Shown here: one piece after another, positions 63,401 through 64,000 of the stretch
Layout: the number at the start of each line of letters is the position of its first letter
Position numbering within the stretch: position 1 is the first letter of the stretch
Notes under the pieces: generated by a model
What the model was told of the DNA's origin: nothing
Databases searched by the model: none
The model's input: only the letters and a program-made list of their open reading frames with translations
Source of the DNA: Escherichia phage vB_EcoM_G17
Sequence record: MK327931.1
DNA length: 64,000 bases
Strand: one strand, 5' to 3'
Translations under genes and position numbers: made by a program

Positions 63401-63875
63401 TATTCCTAAACCACCTACATCGGTTGAATTGAAAGATATGTTCAAAGATGTTGAACAAAAAATAGTCATTAGTGATAGTATTATTTGGCATAGTGCTGAG
63501 TACTTACCTTTATTTGGCAACAGTGCTGCTGAAGATTACAAAGCTGATTTTAAAGTAGTGAAATTACCAAACAGCACAATGAGTGACGATGAAATTCGTC
63601 AAAATGTTATAGCATTAACTAATGAATACTTCAATGTTGACAACTGGGATTTCGGTGAAAGTTTCTATTATACTGATTTGTGTACTTACATACACTCACA
63701 GTTAGGTAGACATATTAGTACCATTGTTATAGTTGCACAAAATCCAAATTCAAAATTTGGCTCTCTATTTGAAATCCCTTCACGTTCAGACCAAATATTT
63801 TTGAGTACTGCATCTGTTGAAAATGTTCAAATTGTTAACTCACTAGCTAAAAGTAATATTAATATCGGTTCTTAA
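60414..63875 (+). CDS. gp6: Baseplate wedge protein gp6-like (baseplate J family), unusually large
   Basis: 1153 aa; N-terminal region follows the baseplate-J/gp6 pattern by eye; follows the gp25-like gene; AAAGGAA SD. Confidence 0.55.
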   Translation: MSQQKRQSNLYAGEDWTQVYESFYKINLTAYDFDTIRQSMIDYLRATYPDSFNDWIENDQFIFILDTISMLGQNLAFRMDLNTRENFLDTATRRASVLKLAKMISYSPRRSYPGRAVAKLTEIKTNQDVRNSFNESLKDKIIRWNDPMDANWYENFILVMNSSFVSTNQFGNPVKRIDVNGVSRQLYRMNTIPMTAPSIPFIATVNGESMTFEVVNPDITSVGVEERHPEPQEQKYIVYQNDGNGFSSPNTGFFVYFVQGTLTYQDYQYAIREENRIQDINVDNINETDVWVQEINEDGIVRTKWTKVPSMESIAYNTVNRQLKTIFAVTTRDKDQITIKYPDSRSGVVPRGTFRVWYRVSNGKTYNIKTSEIQNKSVKYTYRTKTQSSYESSTLDIRFSLQYESDRAQSAETIEQIKARAPQMYYTQNRFVNGEDYNIAPLSLGNTVLKSKAINRIYSGQSRFIDINDPTGKYQNTDVFSDDGALYQENTQFNRSLLLPTTKTNASIVIDNIQPLIGENAVIQRYQAFPSNTIGIEIQQAWTPVYNSNYTTNTYGRILGSSGTVYGSYQVGTLIKFSNSGTTIWASVVSVLDNGFYVLSTSVPSGMQAIEYILPYRTRFNSVEVQAISAMLDKKTDFVIVHDKETTSWVPIEVSTNDDTIVYNGNEVLIIINVKYTAETWEFDANGIEYIFVGGEKVRFYFVSSKKITDISTGTVQSDKIEILSSNTTSSSNSGLTSNIDFQIYDTIQQENGYLDGSRVIVTSRKVDSNGIPLEPNQFKEIVPTWTGTDALKYGGILVFQENSDFTISVLSLPNDTFTLLDSSWSYTMEQALAEPNAYKRTEFVRNNAIRSTTLSGLYSKGSGFLVGFNYDGKYYFIEQTVGNNNDRLGQLISNLTYSDDTGTVSPELAFYRAINNMGTNADENQKLDYYGYKDVTSQYTVKTNARTSIDFHWKHYAPDDNRIDPSRTNLIDMYVLTNSYKTEVDVWLKNNAVGSIPKPPTSVELKDMFKDVEQKIVISDSIIWHSAEYLPLFGNSAAEDYKADFKVVKLPNSTMSDDEIRQNVIALTNEYFNVDNWDFGESFYYTDLCTYIHSQLGRHISTIVIVAQNPNSKFGSLFEIPSRSDQIFLSTASVENVQIVNSLAKSNINIGS

Positions 63876-63881
63876 TATAAC

Positions 63882-63907
63882 GGGCGTTCTTCGGAACGCC
63901 TTTTTTA
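63882..63907 (+). terminator. Rho-independent terminator after the gp6-like gene
   Basis: ggcgttc-ttcg-gaacgcc stem followed by a run of six T. Confidence 0.7.
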
Positions 63908-63954
63908 TATCATAAATAAATCAAATGAATGAACGAATTATATGGAGTCCAAAA

Positions 63955-64000
63955 ATGACTAATAATTTTAAGTTTCAACCTACACAGATGGCTGAAGCAG
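63955..64000 (+). CDS. 5' end of a further gene (cut by window edge), probably a baseplate component
   Basis: ATG at 63955 with TGGAG SD; reads MTNNFKFQPTQMAEA... to the window end. Confidence 0.3.
   Translation, partial: MTNNFKFQPTQMAEA

Overview
The window is a 64 kb segment of an AT-rich, T4-like (Tevenvirinae-type) myovirus genome, densely coding with almost no non-coding DNA except one ~0.8 kb ORF-free stretch. All calls rest on reading the supplied ORF translations and the DNA by eye; no database search or alignment was run, so product names are homology-by-recognition and gene starts are approximate. Several ORF-track starts are GTG/TTG and were moved to ATG codons with a Shine-Dalgarno. 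Layout: (1) 1-3244, minus strand, ribonucleotide reductase nrdA then nrdB (nrdB cut by the window edge). (2) 3.3-8.9 kb, minus, eleven small unassigned genes including a RecB-family nuclease. (3) 8.9-26.9 kb, minus, replication/recombination/packaging genes: helicase gp41, primase gp61, UvsW, a DnaQ-like exonuclease, UvsX, SSB gp32, terminase large subunit and RNase H. (4) 27.07-28.37 kb, plus, two tandem paralogous genes forming an isolated late-gene islet. (5) 28.4-34.4 kb, minus, a GroES/gp31-like co-chaperonin and the family-B DNA polymerase. (6) 34.5-38.3 kb, minus, tail fibre plus assembly chaperone, then two T5orf172-type proteins. (7) 38.4-46.7 kb, minus, head module: major capsid protein, scaffold, prohead protease, core proteins, portal. 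(8) 46.9-49.2 kb, plus, two small genes, the ORF-free hairpin-rich region, and an Endo VII-like gene. (9) 49.2-53.3 kb, minus, gp46, gp47, gp55. (10) 53.4-64 kb, plus, baseplate module including a spike protein with a C-terminal lysozyme domain, a free lysozyme, gp25-like and a 1153-aa gp6-like protein. No tRNA, rRNA, CRISPR array, integrase or transposase was recognised. The most interesting items are the late-gene paralog islet, the ORF-free structured region with the apparently cysteine-less Endo VII homolog, a conserved extended late-promoter element, the domain-permuted spike-lysozyme with its adjacent free paralog, and the T5orf172 insertion in the structural module.
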